Of a stretch of DNA of 64,000 bases, positions 38,901 through 51,500 are shown piece by piece. Source of the DNA: Trichoplax adhaerens (lineage: Eukaryota > Animalia > Placozoa); the NCBI RefSeq assembly GCF_000150275.1, contig NW_002060949.1, positions 30,672 to 94,671 on the forward strand. Reading direction: 5' to 3'. Both the position numbers and the translations under genes were made by a program. The first letter of the stretch is position 1. Each line of letters starts with the position of its first letter. The notes beneath the pieces were generated by a model. That model was given only the letters and a program-made list of their open reading frames with translations. It had not been told where the DNA came from and ran no database searches.

Positions 38901-41900
38901 CAGAAGCATCTAGAATTAAATATGAAAATAGTTCATATTGATAGAAGCTTAAAAATTTATCGTTATGATATTCCTGTAGATTCATTGAAAATGATGAGAT
39001 TGCTGGCGTTACAATTTAATTTGCGATCCGACTATTATTTTCGGCAACTGATATTAAATATTGCTGCGTCAGTGATGTTCGTTAAGAAAGAAAACATTAG
39101 TGACTGTTTGGTTGATAATCTTAATATATTATCAGCTATCAATAAAGTGGAAGAAACATTACAAAATGATAAAATTGGTAATTCTCTCCAATCTTTCGGT
39201 ACTACGATTGACGAATCGAATGAATTAGAAATGAATTTAATAGACCTTTCAAGTACAATTAACTACTTTGGACCTGTGTTTGAAAAAAGTATCATTACTC
39301 ACCGACAGCTTCTCCAAAATACTTTGATAGCCTGGCTTTATGACATAAATAGACAAGATGTTAACTGGCATGGTATTTTTAAGGAATTACGTCAACATGT
39401 AGAATTCGGTTTACGGTATACTATGCAATCACCCAAGTACTTCTCTCCGTTCCGACGTATAATGAATGAATTTGAATGTGAGGATAAGATTGACCTATTG
39501 GAGGTAACTACGCAACAATTATTATTTGATACTATGAACTCATATTGGGACTTCAGTGGTAGTGAGGGTGTCTTTAGATGGCAAAGCCTCTTATCTTTAA
39601 CTGAAAATGATATAAAGAATGACTTGGGAGGACCGTGTGAATTATTTTACGGCAACATTATCACTGATAGTATGTTTGGATTAATCTCACAGGAAACTGC
39701 AATCAGTAATAAATATTACAATCTAGCCCAGATTGGTCAATTGAAGGAAAAAATTAAGCAATTAAATACTATAGCTTCATTTCTTTGGTGCAATTTCTCA
39801 CAAATCTGTCACAGTTATAACAATATATGGAGTACAAATTATAATACTATATGTTTCATGACATCTAGAGTATTGTTAGCTTATCGAACAATTTTTGCCA
39901 CTGAAATGCCAAGACTAGATGATCTGTGTAATAGCTTTATTACTGATTGCTTGTCAATACGGAAGGTCCAAGACATCAAATTTTTGGAGATGTTGAGTGC
40001 TGCAATTGCTGATACTGAAATAGAAAATTCTTCAGATATGGCATACCGCAGTAGCCTCCAATTGGTGAAGAATTTAGTACTAGGGTTACTGGAAGATTTA
40101 CGCTTAGCAATGGAGAGTTATCTTAGCGATGATAGAGAGATTAAATCTGACCGTTGTATGCTGTTCTATTTGGGCTCAGCGTGGGTCAAACTTGGATTAT
40201 TATTATCAATCTTTGCAGCACCTACAGATCCTGTTGATCCATTAATCAAACGTGCAACAAAGTTAAATTTTCTTAAAGAAGAATTAGAAGAAACTAAGTC
40301 TGAAATCAAAGTAAGACTACAAGCATATAATTTATTGGCCGGATTTCCCTACACTAGTGATAATGAACCAAGTTGTACTGAGATACCATATTATGTGTCA
40401 CCTCATGAAGAAAATGTGATAAAAAGGCGTTGTTCTTTGCAAGAATCTATCAAGAAATTGGAAAATAAAACTGCTTTTAGGCCATCTTCACCTCAATATG
40501 ATAAGTTAATATTAGATATTAACAATATTCGACAAAGCTTAACGTTACCTGCTAATATTGTTCAGCTGTTACAAAGTTTAAATGTAGAGAACTGCAAAGG
40601 AATACCTTCTGAACGTGATGAAACGTCGTTGGCCAAGGAAATTGCATGGCAAAGATCTATGTTAGGGGTTATAAATAATATACAGGCAAATTATCCTGCT
40701 TATGTTGATATTCATATGCCGTTTTCTATAGCATTGTCATTTATGCGTTTTGGAATGCGACTTTCAGCATCACCGACAATGAACATTCATCAAGTATCCC
40801 AATTCTTTAAATCAGATAATCAGGACAATTCTAATTTCTGGGATTTAAAATTAATTAGCGATAGCATTATACGAACATTAATTGTTTACCCAGCTGATGA
40901 TAACGCTCGAACAATTACATACTTACTAGATTCAAACGTAAACTCTGTTTTTAAAAGTATCGTCGGAACAAGTACTCCACGTAAAAGTAATGAGCTGAAA
41001 GCGCAGCTATCAAATATTTTACTACTGTTAGCTTATAGTACTGTCATCGAACAAAGCTATTGTATCGCAGATGTCGATTTTGGACCGGTACTTTCAATTT
41101 TTGAGTGTTATTACGTAATGTGGAAAGACCATCAGATGAAAAAAGAATTAAAGGAAGATCAGCAACGTAGTATGTTTAAATATAAAATTCAAGAGCATAT
41201 AACGGAAGATGAAGAGATTCATGACAATGAGGAAATTAGACTACTATTTCCTACATACAATAATGAATTTGAGGAGACTCAAGACAGTACGATGACGAAG
41301 GAAAGTACGCTATCGAAATTTGACTTTCAAGACGTTGATATTCAAGAGTTAACGAGCCTACACGGAGTAGTTTTCGGTATTTTATCAACATTGGAGAAGA
41401 TAAGTGATCATAACGTACTCAAATATTCAGATAAAGTTTATAAAACATTATTTCAACGTAAATATGTGCTGGCTAGTTCGATCAAAAAATTATTAAAATT
41501 TGCTGTTAATGCTGATCTGGATTCATCTTGCATTCGTTCTCATATCCTGATGAGTAAGTTTTTACTGGATGAGGTAACAGACACAGATGTCGATTTAGCG
41601 GATAAAGATACAATTTTCTTACCAGGATATCGCGACTACATTTACGACTTCTACCAGGACCCTAACATTGGTGAAGCTCAAGAGTTACCGGCGGTTATGA
41701 AAAGTTTAATGTGCCGTTTAGATGAAATACTTATTGAATGGCCCGATCATCCCGTACTACATGAATTACAAACATCCATTCGACGTGTACTATCATTTTC
41801 AAGTAGTAGTCCGTTAATGAAATATCTAACTGGATTAGAATTTATCTTGAAGAAAGCACAGGATTGGGAGAGTTATGCTAGTAAAGCAGTTTCAATTCGT

Positions 41901-44900
41901 TGCCACTTGGATGAGGTTACAAAGTTAATTATTCGATGGAGAAGTATAGAATTAAAATCTTGGTCTAAGTTATTAGATTTAGTTCATCATAATTTTAAGA
42001 GTAGTGCAAACCGATGGTGGTTTCATATCTATGAATTATATATTCAATTTATTAAATCAGATAATGAGAGCAACAAGCTAAGTTGTTCTGAAATTGTCAA
42101 GACATTAAGCCAATTCGTTGAGAACAGTAATTTAGGGGAATTCACGGCTCGGTTAGATTTATTACGTTCATTTTATTGTCAATTAACTTACGAAAAGCAC
42201 TCAGCGTTCAGAAACAGTACTAATATTTTTAGCACCAATATAGAACACTTACAGAGTATTCTGGGTAACATATATCAATATTATTTTCAATTTCTGCGTC
42301 TTGTTGAAGATAAGGTGAAATCAATGCGTTCACCAATTGATAAGGAGCTACAAGATTTCGTTAAAATATCGAAATGGAATGATTATAACTATTGGTCACT
42401 AAAGGAAGGAATATCACGCACACATCGTACGTTACATAAATATATTAAAAGATTTCGACAATGTTTATCGGAACCGGTTGGACCTCTATTAGTGTTTACC
42501 TCTCAATCATTTCATGTAAGCCCACCTTTAGAGATTTCAATTTTCTCCAGTGGAGCCGAATTTCAACCTTCAACTGACGGAGACTTGAAAGAGAATGAAC
42601 GTAAGGTGGATTTGGCAACTTTTTTTGAGAGCACTTTAGTTCAAAATGTTTTTACTAACGATGCCGCTACAGCACAAACCAATGTGTTATCACGAATATC
42701 GTCAATGACTAGTAAATTTCGTGCAATTTCTGATACTGTAACTGGAACGAGAAACTATTCATCTCTTGTTTTAAAATTAAACGGTTTTTGTGAAGTTATC
42801 ATTGAAACTATAAAAGAACTGCAAGATGATACAGCACGATTAGATACTAAAAAATTAGCTGATGTAAAGCTGTTAGGGTTACGTAAACGCCGTTCATTGG
42901 CCATGCTTTTCTTGAGCCTAAAGTCTATTGGTATGTCCTATCGTAAAGGTTTGCGATATGATAAAGATGGAATCCAAGAAAAAATATTTTTGTGTAAACC
43001 AATCGACGAGTACACTATTAAGCACTGGAATACTATATCCAGTAAAGAAGCAGCGGCTGCCTTCACCACTATTTGGAATAAATGCGAATCATATTTCTAT
43101 AAAAGCTGCTCTCACTATTTTGCTTTAATAACTGCTCTAAATTCCCCTTCTGAAGATTTAACCTATAATGACGTAGAAAGATGTCATGGATTCGGATCAG
43201 AGATCCTTCGTAAAATCATCGTACAAAAGGGTAAGGTATCATTGCTAGCTGACGAATTATACGAACTAAATGTCATTAGAGAACGTATTGCTAGAATTAA
43301 GCCGAGGCATAAGATTACTGAAGGAATAGAACCATCCGATTTGCCTCCTCAGACGCAAAGCATAACATGGATTAACCGTATTAAAAGATTAACCAGAAAT
43401 ACTTTAAAGGGTTTACTAGAAATGCGACTACTTCTTGAATGCTGTCCGACAACCCGACTTGAACCATTACCAACGCCATGGCAAATAAACTATTTGCCTA
43501 ATGTAAGTAAAGCAATCGCAGGTGATGTGCAAGTAATAGCTTTTATCCAAAAGATCAATATTGCAAGAAATGATTTGATAAGCGTTGCTGTCTCTACTAA
43601 TAGCGGTAGAATAGATGATCACTCATACAATGATTATGTATCGTGGTTGCAAATTGATAGTGTAGCGAGGCTTTGTGAAAAGTTACAAATTGCAAGTGAA
43701 ATTATTAGTGACTTAGAGGAAGCTTTTAAAGCAGAACAAGATTGGATTTACCAACCATCGAAATGTATCGAACCATTTATTCAGTTAAAGCTAGATATTG
43801 CTCAAACATGTCACGAGTTTTATACTTGGCAAATCAACATTAGTGCGGAAACAGCTTTAATCAATAGCGATTTAATGCAGAATTATTTACGAGAAGTTAA
43901 TGCCGCAATCACACATACGCTTTATGTTGCTCAAATATTGTTGCAATCTACTGACATCCAAGGCATCGGAGAGCAGGTTAAATCTAAAGCAGCTTCGCAA
44001 GATGAAGATGACGGAGAATTCGAGAAAATGCAACCGGAACTATTGTCTGCTACGGAGAGTAACGTACTGGATATCTTAGATAAATTGCGCATACCAAAGA
44101 TTATTAAGAGCTACAATAGCAGCATAAGGTTATTATCACAATTACATGACGAGTTTTATGACGCTCCTGGCCAAAAATTATTAATATGCTGTTGTAATGT
44201 AATGATGACTATTAAACCGCTGATTTTTAATTACGTTTTACTGGTCGAATTCTATTTCCATCAATACTTATTATTGCATCGGACATCTTGCAAATTATCA
44301 CACATACTTATGAATACTTTCGTCGAGCTTATGGCAAAGGTATTTACATATCAAATAATGAATTTACGGAAAGACTTTTGTATTTGATAAATCAAATTCC
44401 TATCTATTTGTAGGGATTTTGTCAACCACAGGAATCTGATAGTAAAGTGGGTGGAGATAGTTTAACTGAATTCGTAGATCAAGAAAGCGGTGGTGTAGGT
44501 GAAGGTGAAGGTAGTAAAGACGTATCGGATATGATTGAGAATGAGGATCAGGTAATATTTACTGTACAGCATAAAAGGTATAATAAATACCATTTCATAA
44601 ATTTAATAAGAAAAATATGACAGCATAATTTATCATAGTTATTAGATGCAAGGCAAGATGGCGAGAGTCAACAATCAAAAAACGACGAACAAAAGGATCT
44701 AAAAGCAGAAGATAATGCCATAGAAATGTCCGAGGATTTTGACGGTCATATGCAAGATGCAGCTAGACAGGAAAATGACGATAGTGAAAATGAAAGTGAA
44801 TCAGATGTTGATGAAAATGAACTTGATAAGCAAATGGGAGAAGTTGATGATAATGATAATGAAGAGATTCTTGATGAAAAGTTATGGGGAAGTGATAGCG

Positions 44901-47456
44901 ATGATGAAGGAGAAGAGATTAAAGAGTCCGATCAATACGGAGGGTCTGGAGCTCAAGAAGATGTTGAAATTGTTGCCAAAGAAAACCGAGAAGCGAATGA
45001 TGGAAAGTCGGGCGAGGAGTTAGATAATGCAGCCGATAATGAAGATGATGAATCTGGCTCAGAAAACAACTCTGGTTCACCTCCATCTCCAAATGCTGAT
45101 GAAAATGAAAAGGCAGATCATGATCAGGATCATATACGTGATGACGTGAAAGACAGTTCTGAATTCGAAATTCCAGATGAGCTTTCATTAGATGATGATA
45201 TTAGAAGTTCGAATAGCGATAAAATGGAAGATGACTTAGGGGAAAGTGGTACGGAAAATGAAAGCAGCAATGGCAGTGGCGACGATGACGAAGATATAAT
45301 GGATAAAACTGCAACTGATGACGACAATGGAAAGGATTATGAACAATTATCTGATATGTTGCCAGAAGAATCACAAATAAACGATGATGAAACACAGGAA
45401 TCTAACTCTAGAATGAATACAACTAACGTATTTTGCGCCGACAATCAGTATTCTACTGAGGAAAGGTCTGTCAATGCTGCGCAAAATATAGAGAATAATA
45501 CCCCAAATACTAATGATGATACAGCTGATATTAATGATGGTTTAGCCAGTGGAAATGCTAAATATGGCCATTCAGGTCAATCGAACTTTGTGGAACATGT
45601 AGAAGATGAAATTAAAACTGAAAAACGCCCTTTCAATGAACTCCGTGAATCTAATTTACAACGAAAATTGGCACAAGATAACGAGATGCCGTTTAAGCGA
45701 CGCAAAGCAGTAAATAGTTCTGCGGTTGAATCTGAACAACCTGTCGATAACGAAGGGCGAAATAGCAATTATTTTCAACACTTGCGACCAGACGAAGAAA
45801 GTAGCAGTAAAGATACAGCCATAGATGCTGCAACATCGGAACAGTTGACGCAAAATCAGGATAATTATGATCAAGCTAATTTTGAAGAAGATCTAGCAGA
45901 AAATCAAAATTTAGTTGAAGCTATGGATACTGAAGTTCAAGATACTACTAGCAAGGTGCAGAATGTAGACGCGAAATCACAAAGAGGTGAATTAAAAGAT
46001 TTACCGAAAACTGAGCAACAGCAATCTGAGCAAGAAAATTCTAGTGGCAACCCAATGGAAGAGATAGAAATCTGCAATAAGGCTCAAAACTCATACCACA
46101 TGACGTCATTAAGTCGCCTCCAGGACTCAACAGAGGCAGCTTTAAGAATGGATTTTGAAACGTTTGAAGATATTCGACACCAACTTGAGCAGCAATTACA
46201 AGGGCTATTTTTACCAACTGGTGATAGTGAAGCTGAGGATGATATCAGTGCACAGCAAATGTGGCAGCATTACTGCCAATTAACAGCTCCTTTATCCCGA
46301 GAATTATGCGAACAGCTTCGGCTTGTATTGGAACCTACGCTAGCTAATAAATTGAAGGGAGATTACCGTACAGGTAAACGATTAAATATTCGAAAAGTGA
46401 TACCCTATATAGCTAGCAATTATCGAAAGGATAAGATTTGGCTCCGTAGATCGAAGAAAAGCAAGCGACAGTACCAGATTGTTTTAGCCATAGACGATTC
46501 ATCTAGTATGAATGACAATCACTCAAAACAACTTGCATTCGAGTCTTTATCGGTTATTAGTAACGCTTTAGTATGGTTGGAAGCAGGAGAGTTAGCTATT
46601 ATGAACTTTGGCGAAGAGGTGAAACTCTTACATCCATTTCATCAACCATTTAATGATGAAATTGGAGGGAAAATCATAAAACAGTTCAGCTTTAGTCAAA
46701 AGAAGACTCGAATCTCGCAGGTAAATCATTCGTATAAAAAATACTCTGTTAAATTTGATAACATGACACCAAACTCCTAGAATTTATGTTATCATTAATT
46801 CTTTTTTACAGCTGTTGCAAAGTAGTGCAGCAATATTAACATCCGGAAAGACTACCAAAAGATATATGACAGCAACTAATCAAGTTGATATCAATCAGCT
46901 ATTGATAATTATCTCAGATGGTCGAGGGCTTTTTGTTGAAGGAACTGAGGTTGGTAAAATATTATCGATAAAGTGGTAATACGTACACTTGAACTTATCA
47001 CTGGACACTATCTGGTCTTTTTTTAGATTGTCTTAAAATCAGTCCGTGCAGCCATTGAAGCTGGCACTTTTATTGTTTTCGTGATCTTGGATAACCCTAA
47101 AACTAAGGTGTGTGATGATGAACTTAAAAGTTTGAAACCTTTTAGACACTGTTATCCATTATTAATACCATATCTCTTGTGTGCTTTCCTATATGCATAT
47201 AAACAGGATTCAATTATTGACATTCGGATGCCGGTATTTAATGCTTTAGGCCAGGTAAATGTTGTTATTATAAAATTCTATACTAATTGCATGTCATTAA
47301 TGTAATAATTTTTTTCCTTAGATTGAACGTTTTAAAACTTATATGGATGAATTTCCTTTCCCATATTACATTGTTCTAAGAGACATTAATTCGTTGCCTC
47401 AGGTCTTGGCAAGCGCTCTAAGACAGTGGTTTGAAATGATAAATTCTAGTAATTAA
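26993..47456 (+). CDS. MDN1: Midasin (Rea1) AAA+ ATPase, ~5,400 aa, ~30 exons
   Basis: Six AAA modules with Walker A motifs GYVGSGKT, GETGTGKT, GETSVGKT, GETGCGKT, GSPGVGKT and GNSRCGKS. These are followed by a long helical linker, a D/E-rich region and a C-terminal MIDAS domain (DDSSSM, ISDGRG, FPFPYY...LRQWFE). Large exons at 32924-37565, 37887-44339 and 44639-46720. The first exon (26993-27103) is less certain. Confidence 0.97.
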
Positions 47457-48528
47457 ATTGACTAACAACTAAAATTGCTCAAAGTGGCTGAATTTCTTGC
47501 TATCTGTGCAAAAATGTTTTAATGTGTAGGTTCTACCATGACCGGACATGTACAATACTGTATAAACTGAGATTTTTTACTGTACAGGCTCAGATAACCT
47601 TACAGTGTTATAATTTTGATATTAAAGTGAACTTTCTACATGTGAATATGTCGATAGATACCGAGATACTCTACGTAAGAGCTTCTAAATTATTATTTGT
47701 ATGGCTTTTGTACAATTTATCGCTGGCGTATAAGGAGAAGAATCGCAACAATTTTTTACCAAAAAGTCTTTATTTATGTAATGATATAACGACTTGTCGT
47801 AACTGATTGTTTAAAAAGGAATCAACAGAAATCATTGACTCTAGTTAATATAATTTCAACAGACAACCAGTTTTTTACACAAAGTTACTATCGTATGATT
47901 ACATGCTAATGTTATATTTAACACTATAAGGTTACCTACAAAAAATATGCTAATTTTAATTGTATAATACATCCTTGTCATTATACAATTAAAACGGGAT
48001 TTTTCATGGTATTAATAAAGAAAATGACATATAATTATGAAACCAAAATTTTAGTATTACTGTTTGTCAATTCTGGTGTATTTTAACGGATGGTACACTG
48101 AGAAGAAAATTTGAGAAAATTTCGGAGATTGAAAAAGGTTCAATATTTGTAATAAACAGATCCTACAAGAAGTACTATAGAGTACAAATGGGATAGACCG
48201 CATTATAATTAAATGAATAATACTGGAATCGACTTGAATCAAACATAGCAAGTGTTCGTTTGTTGCGAAAAGATGGTTTCCTTTTAATATGCTACAGTCG
48301 CTATTACAGTTACTATATATTGTAGAAGTTAGTGCAGCTCTTCAACGGACATAATTCTTGATTGAGAATTTTTGTTCTAGTATAAACTAAACAAGCGATC
48401 AGTAGTTAAAATATGGTCAGAAATAATTTTGATCTTCAATTGTTTCTTTTCCAGTTAATAATTAATCTACCATTGTATGCATGATTCTAGAACGTTGTAA
48501 AGATGATTTACATACGTGAATATCGGAG

Positions 48529-51500
48529 TTACCTGGACTGTAAACTGCGAGTTGCATGTAGAGAACTTCCGCGATCGGTATAATACACGGCTGGCGAATA
48601 TCGTCCGGATTGTTTCAGACTATCGCCCTAAAATGCCATTCAATTCAATATATTAAAGAAGATAAATTCAAAATCTTCAAAGTCTACTGTTACCACACGA
48701 AAGAACGTATCCATTTGCATGTTGTTTGCCTAGTAGATAAACCCAGCTTAAAGATTTACCTTGTAACGAGGTGAAGTTTGAAGGTCATATTGACTGGATC
48801 TGAAATTGTCATAAGTTGGGGATTTTCTACCATAAACTGAAACAAATTAGAAGTATGTTTTGTTATTACCAATATCAAATCGAACAATAACTCACATGAG
48901 AATAGGCATAATCATAACTATGGGTGATAGGTATATTTTAATAACTTGTAGTCAATACTTGTAATTTCTAATGGTACAGTCGTTCAACTTTAATTGAACG
49001 AGAGTAAAGTCATACAGTATATCCTATGGGCTAATTCTATGCTATGCCGTACGAGATAAAAGTTGATTCTTGATCGGATGACGTTAAGAGAAACTATGTC
49101 GTTTAATTTCAAAGATATAAAATTTTCAATTCCGTCATACCAAGTCTTACCTGCATCAGATATTTTCCTTACTACTTTAGACATTTCAGTACCGGTTGCA
49201 TTAATAGAAGACATTAATGCACTATTTTCAGGTGAGGCAGCAGGATCGAATTCATCTTGTATCATGGATAAAAAACAAAATTTTTCAGTATCAATTTGGC
49301 TAGAAAATTATGTCATATGTCGATATGGTCTATATAGATTTATATAAGTAGACAGCAATCTTGACGTGGTTGGACTGTATTCTAAGTTGTAAGTTGATAT
49401 GGATTGTTAACTAAAAAATCTTTTACTATCTAATGATAAAAGTTTGCTACTGTAACGATCAAATTAATCTATTTGGCCAGTATGTATCAACTAAAATAAT
49501 CGTTCTTATATCATCAACATTATCGTTTAAGTCAAAGTAAATAATTCACAGTAACACATAATGCAGTGCCTCCTCTTGTAGAAACGAGATAGTTACAAGC
49601 AGTCATATATTGGCCAAATCTGGCTAATTTATAATGTAAGAAGTAAAGCAAATAAAAATCCACTGTATTTCTTCCAATTTCAATATCATGGTTTTATAAG
49701 ACTATAATCTTACAAATAGCATGAAAATGATCTGTATAGCATCAAATAAAACTGGTAATGAAGGATAAAGCATTCATATTTACCTGTACTTTCTACAGTA
49801 AATGAATTTAGCTGACTCAAGATATTGTTTAATTCGTCCGATGATGCAAGCCCATTTTGTGGAACTTTTTCATAGTCAGCTGTATATTGATTAAAATAAT
49901 CCATTTCTGATCTGCTATCCATACTTTGTAAGACATTCTGACCCATGACATGATCGTGATTGGAAGAGTTTGATTCAGAATAGCGTCTATAATCGTAATG
50001 ATGCCCATTGGTGGCGGGTGCAGATTTAGTAGGTTGCAATCGATCACGCGTTGACGACGAAGTGAAATGATTGCCAACTCGACTTTGTAAAATAATTGGT
50101 GGAGATGATGCTGATGGTAGGATAGATGGAGTTACAGTAGGAATAGGTGATGTTCCATTAGTTCTTGATATTTCTTCTGGTCGATTTCGTAAAATATGTG
50201 ATGGTGGAGATGATGATCTGATCGCTGAATGAGAATAAGTATGGATTGGCGATGCCCCATTTGTTCTTGGTTGTTGATCTAGGCGACTTTGTGATATAGC
50301 TGGTTGCGATAATGCAGAATGAGACAATGTAGTAATTGGCGATACTCCACTCGCTCTAGGCTGATGCAATGATGACGCAAAAGCATCATGAGAGAATCTT
50401 GCAACTGGTGATGCATCACTTTCTCTAGGTTGATTAGATGATGATGATGCAAAAGCAGAATGAGTTAACATCGGATTTGGTGAAGCTTCACTCGTTTTAG
50501 GTTGCTGATCAGATCTATTTCGCAGCAGACGTAGTGGCGATGTCGATGTTGCCAATGCAGAATTACTATATCCCATAACGGGTGATGGACTACTCGTTCT
50601 AGGTTGTTGTGATGCTATTGAATTAGTATACGTAGGAACCGGTGATGCTCCATTAGTTCTTCCTTGATGTGCAGATCGATCTTGTAAGAAACGAGATGAA
50701 TTAGGTGACGCGGAATTGTTTGCAAAAGGAGACATTCCACTTGTTTTTGATGGGTCAGCTCGACTTTTTAATAGGAAAGTAGGTCTTGATGACGACTGTG
50801 CTGTAGACGAGGTTAATGTTGAAACAGGAGAAATTTCGCTGGTCTTTGGCCGTGAAAATGACCTAGTCGGTAAGGTAAATGAAGTTATGGGTGATGTTTC
50901 ACTTGCCTTAGGTCGGTATTGTCCATTAGAGATATTGCCATTTGATTGAAGATGATCTCCATTTATTTGATCATGATTTTCTTGATCTGATGGTAGTGTC
51001 TCAATATCGTTGAGGTTAGTTTGACTTGGTGTTCCATCAACGGCAAACGTAGTAGCCTAAATGAAATATGAAAATAACCTTGGAGTTAGGAAGTAACATT
51101 AATTTTACATACTTTGTATAATAGGTTAATTATCAATTCATCAAGAAGGAATTATAGAAATTAAGACTGAAATTAAGAAATATAGTATCCATTAGCACTT
51201 GTATATGTTTACATCATACTAATTTTTGCGTAATTTTAATATTTTAGTTAGGAAATAAATTTAATTTTAATATTTCTTAGAACAGTTTAATCAATTACTT
51301 AATAAGCAATTGCAGAAATTAAGGCTGAAATTAAGAGATACAGTACCAGTATCCGTTAATCTCTATATGCTTTCATCGTACTAAGTTTTGTATAGCTTAT
51401 GTTTATAATTATATAATGATATGATATGATGTAGTGATATGAGTAAATCGATGATCAGAGAAATATATTATCAAATAGACTACTGTATATGTTATAATAG

